Assembly (NCBI GenBank): GCA_963835065.1
Contig: CAWIEK010000003.1
Coordinates: 64,001 to 128,000, forward strand
Reading direction: 5' to 3'
Length of the DNA: 64,000 nucleotides
Source: an uncultured Chthonomonadaceae bacterium
GTDB lineage: Bacteria; Armatimonadota; Chthonomonadetes; Chthonomonadales; Chthonomonadaceae
A model generated the notes under the pieces. The model worked only from the letters and a program-made list of their open reading frames with translations, was not told the DNA's origin and ran no database searches. The first letter of the stretch is position 1, and each line of letters starts with the position of its first letter. Shown here piece by piece: positions 61,093 through 64,000 of this stretch. Made by a program: the position numbers and the translations under genes.

Positions 61093-61951
61093 TTACGGTA
61101 TCGGCATGAAGGAGCCGTCGTCCATTGGCAAGGCGGGGGATGGGGTACACTGCTGCGCGATGAAGCGCTCGGTGGCGAGTTTGGCGTGGCCGTCGCAGAA
61201 GTACGCCACGCGAATCGGCCCTTTGGTGTCCTGATACGCGGGGCCGTTCGGACCCGTTGCCGCCGATTTCCAGCCGGAAACCGCGTCGTCTATGCCCGCA
61301 TGAAACGAGGTCACTTCCGCGCCGAAGTAGGTATCGGCAGGGCGCACAACCGCCGCAAACGCGCCGACCCGCGCCAGCGCGCTGTTCAGGCAGTAGCTTG
61401 AGCCTTCCACCTTCCACACGGCCACGCCCTGCGAGGGGTCGCCGGGAACCAGCGAGGCAGGGATGCCGTTGTCGCTCGGACACTTGAAGATGTCCAGGCT
61501 TTTGGTGTACGGATACGCGAACACGCGCGCATCATACGCGGCCTGATCGGTTCTTGGGGAACATTTTCGGGTCGTCGGGCGGCACGGTCGCTTTGCGATG
61601 CGGGCGGCACGGCTTGCAGGGGAACGGCAGAGCCGAGGCTGGCTGCCATTGCGCGTTTGCCCCAACCGTCGTGTTGCTCGGAGGAAAGGTTTCGTCGTTG
61701 TCCTGCACGTACATCATCCAGTTCAAGCCCAACTGCTTGACGTTGGACAGGCAGGCCGTGCGCCGCGCATTCTCTCGCGCTTTGGCAAACACGGGGAACA
61801 GAATCGCCGCGAGAATTCCAATGATGGCGATCACGACGAGCAGTTCGATGAGAGTAAAAGCGTTGAGCGTTGAGCGTTGAGCGTTGAGGGGTTGGGTGAT
61901 ACTTTTCCCTTTTCCCTTTTCCCTTTTGCCTGCGTTAATGGTTCGGTTCAT
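61093..61951 (-). CDS. DUF1559 prepilin-type N-terminal cleavage/methylation protein with H-X9-DG-type tail; frameshift at ~61560
   Basis: [65 protein letters not shown]. Confidence 0.88.
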
Positions 61952-62101
61952 GGCGATGCGGTTCCCTTCATTGGAAAGAGTGCCCGGAAGGAGTTCTTGA
62001 AGAAAGTTCCGGTTGGATGAATTTGGTATAAGAGTACAACAAACGAGTGTTTACAACAAAGATTGAGGACAGAGATTGAGAACAAAGACTGATAACAAAG
62101 C

Positions 62102-62866
62102 TCAGTCTTTGGCAGAAGTGTCGGAAACCAATTTGCCGTCGCGCAGGGTTAATTGCCGATGAGCGGCGGACGCAAGCGCGGGGTTGTGCGTGACAACGAC
62201 TATGGTTAAGCCCTCCTGATTGAGTTGTTCAAACAGGGCGATGATGGATTCGCCGCTTGCGCTGTCCAGATTGCCCGTCGGCTCGTCGGCAAGCAGCAGG
62301 CGCGGTGAATTTATCAGGGCGCGAGCAATCGCGGTACGCTGCATTTCGCCCCCGGACAGTTGGTGCGGGCGATGGTCATGGCGATGCGCCAGTCCCATTT
62401 TGTCGAGCAGTTCTAAGGCGCGGGCTTTGCCCTGTCGGCGCGAAAACAGCGTGGGCAGCGTGACGTTTTCCAGCACGGTCAGGGTCGGCAGCAACCCGAA
62501 ATGCTGAAACACGAACCCGACAGTTTCGCGGCGCAGGCGCGTCAGAGCGCGGTCCTTTAATCCCCGCGCTTCCCGCCCGTCCAATTTCAGACTGCCGGAT
62601 GTGGGCGCGTCCATGCCGCCGAGCAGGTGCAGCAGGGTGGTCTTTCCCGCTCCCGACGGCCCCACAATAGCGACAAACTCCCCTTCCCGTACCGTAAAAC
62701 TCACTTCGGACAGCGCATGTACCGTTTCCACGCCCCGCCGATACTGCCGTGTCAAGTCCTGCGCTTCAATTACAACCGGCGTTTGAAGGGACGAAACGCC
62801 TGCGGCGGCTAACGGCTCACGCCGTAAAGTGTCTTCCTGCATTTTGTCTTCAACCGTGACCGCCAT
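62102..62866 (-). CDS. ABC transporter ATP-binding protein (LolD/MacB-type)
   Basis: GPSGAGKTT, VFQHFGL, LSGGEMQR, LLADEPTGNLD, VTH. Confidence 0.95.
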   Translation of the reverse strand: MAVTVEDKMQEDTLRREPLAAAGVSSLQTPVVIEAQDLTRQYRRGVETVHALSEVSFTVREGEFVAIVGPSGAGKTTLLHLLGGMDAPTSGSLKLDGREARGLKDRALTRLRRETVGFVFQHFGLLPTLTVLENVTLPTLFSRRQGKARALELLDKMGLAHRHDHRPHQLSGGEMQRTAIARALINSPRLLLADEPTGNLDSASGESIIALFEQLNQEGLTIVVVTHNPALASAAHRQLTLRDGKLVSDTSAKD

Positions 62867-62994
62867 GTATCTCATCCTTAAACAAACGTCCGTGCAATAA
62901 ATTGCGCGGCTATGGTAACGAAGTCCGCCAGCGCGGACTGAACCGTCAGCAGGTCCGAACTTCAATGCCCCTAAAACCCTAAAACCATAGAACC

Positions 62995-64000
62995 CTACAA
63001 CCCTGCTCCTGCGCGGATGCTTTCTACGGGCGATAGTTGCGCCGCGCGCCAGGCGGGAAGCAGGCCGGACACGCTGCCCAAAACCATCGCGCCGAACAAG
63101 CACAACACCACAACCCCAAACTCAGGATGAACCAGCGCGGATGTTGGCGAAAACGGCAGGCGGGCGCGCAGCCAGTTTTCTACCTGATGGGAACCGAGCA
63201 GCGCGATAGCAACGCCCAACACGCCCCCCGCCAAGCATACCTGCATGGCTTCCAGCCAGATCAACCCGAAAATATCCGTTCGTGACGCGCCCACCGCCCG
63301 CATCACGCCGATTTCGCGCGTTCGCTCCGTGACCGCCATTAAGATGGTGTTACTCACGCCCGCGCCCGCCACCAGCAGCGCGACAATCAGGACGCACAGC
63401 AGCAGGGCGCGCGTACTGCTCACCAATCCCTGTATGGAGCGGAACAGATGCGCGAGGGGAACGATATTCATGTCCATGCCCGCCTCGCAGCCCCGCAAGC
63501 CCGCCACCACTTTGTCCAGTTGATCCGGGTCGGACAGGCGCACCAGCACATGCGTCAACTCATGCGGGCGCTTGAACAGCATTTGCGCGGTGGCAAGCGG
63601 CATATAGATGAACGTGTCATCCGCGCCCTGCGTCGGCTGCAAAATGCCCACAACGCGCCCGGCCTGCCCCGGCAATCCCGCAAGAGCGAACGTTTGCCCG
63701 ATCCGCAATTTGCCTTTTTGCGCAACCGTCGCGCCGACAAGACAATCCATTCCCTGCGTTGGAAATCGGCCTTCGATGTGCCAGCCTTTTTTGATGGTCG
63801 GCAGTTCCGGTTCCGCGCCCAGGTAAACGGCCTGTTCGCCCTGCGCGTCGTACAGCGCGTTCATCAGCAGGGGCGCGGCAAGCGCAACACCTTCCGTGCC
63901 GCGCACTTGCGCCAGATAACTTTCCTTTAAGTAGCACGGCCAGCTTGCCCCGTGCAGCGCGATGGAAGCCGCGTCATACGGACAGCCCTTCGGCACAACC
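62995..64000 (-). CDS. ABC transporter permease (FtsX/MacB-type); 5' end outside the window
   Basis: GVSNTILMAVTERTREIGVMRAVGA, GLLPAWRAA.L.P.E. Confidence 0.92.
   Translation of the reverse strand, partial: VVPKGCPYDAASIALHGASWPCYLKESYLAQVRGTEGVALAAPLLMNALYDAQGEQAVYLGAEPELPTIKKGWHIEGRFPTQGMDCLVGATVAQKGKLRIGQTFALAGLPGQAGRVVGILQPTQGADDTFIYMPLATAQMLFKRPHELTHVLVRLSDPDQLDKVVAGLRGCEAGMDMNIVPLAHLFRSIQGLVSSTRALLLCVLIVALLVAGAGVSNTILMAVTERTREIGVMRAVGASRTDIFGLIWLEAMQVCLAGGVLGVAIALLGSHQVENWLRARLPFSPTSALVHPEFGVVVLCLFGAMVLGSVSGLLPAWRAAQLSPVESIRAGAGL

Noticed and set aside
1..64000. tRNA, rRNA, integrase, transposase or prophage genes
   Set aside because: None recognisable by eye; tRNAscan-SE and an Rfam scan would be needed to exclude RNA genes formally.

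Overview
A GC-rich (roughly 60% by eye) bacterial chromosomal window, most likely Armatimonadota. That assignment is an inference from the DUF1559 prepilin-type gene, the DUF6785-type transporter and several secreted STN-like proteins. Housekeeping and regulatory genes include an LMW phosphatase, ilvA, rph-rdgB, fliM-fliN-fliO-fliP, xylB, a GGDEF cyclase, an ECF sigma factor, a RavA/ViaA-like pair, a MutS-like ATPase, a DHH phosphoesterase and an ABC exporter. Highlights among the accessory features: (1) a cryptic selenoprotein, a YVTN beta-propeller fused to a TlpA-like thioredoxin with W-U-G-P-C and a SECIS-like hairpin (42046-43446); (2) a ~1,800-aa signal peptide/C39-peptidase/Rhs polymorphic toxin with a Cys-rich tip, two MITEs, a candidate immunity gene and an orphan internal Rhs duplicate; (3) an HD dNTPase-like gene paired with a YwgA/DarG-CTD-like gene; (4) an unannotated 36-aa type I toxin-like peptide with a convergent antisense promoter; (5) a 109-bp element present twice behind ECF-like promoters; and (6) many 7-9-mer tandem-repeat hairpins that abut stop codons, bracket gene starts and are translated in frame, including a 114-bp cassette in two unrelated proteins. 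About eight single-base frameshifts, several in short homopolymer runs, are probably assembly errors. All family assignments come from motif recognition; no database searches were run.
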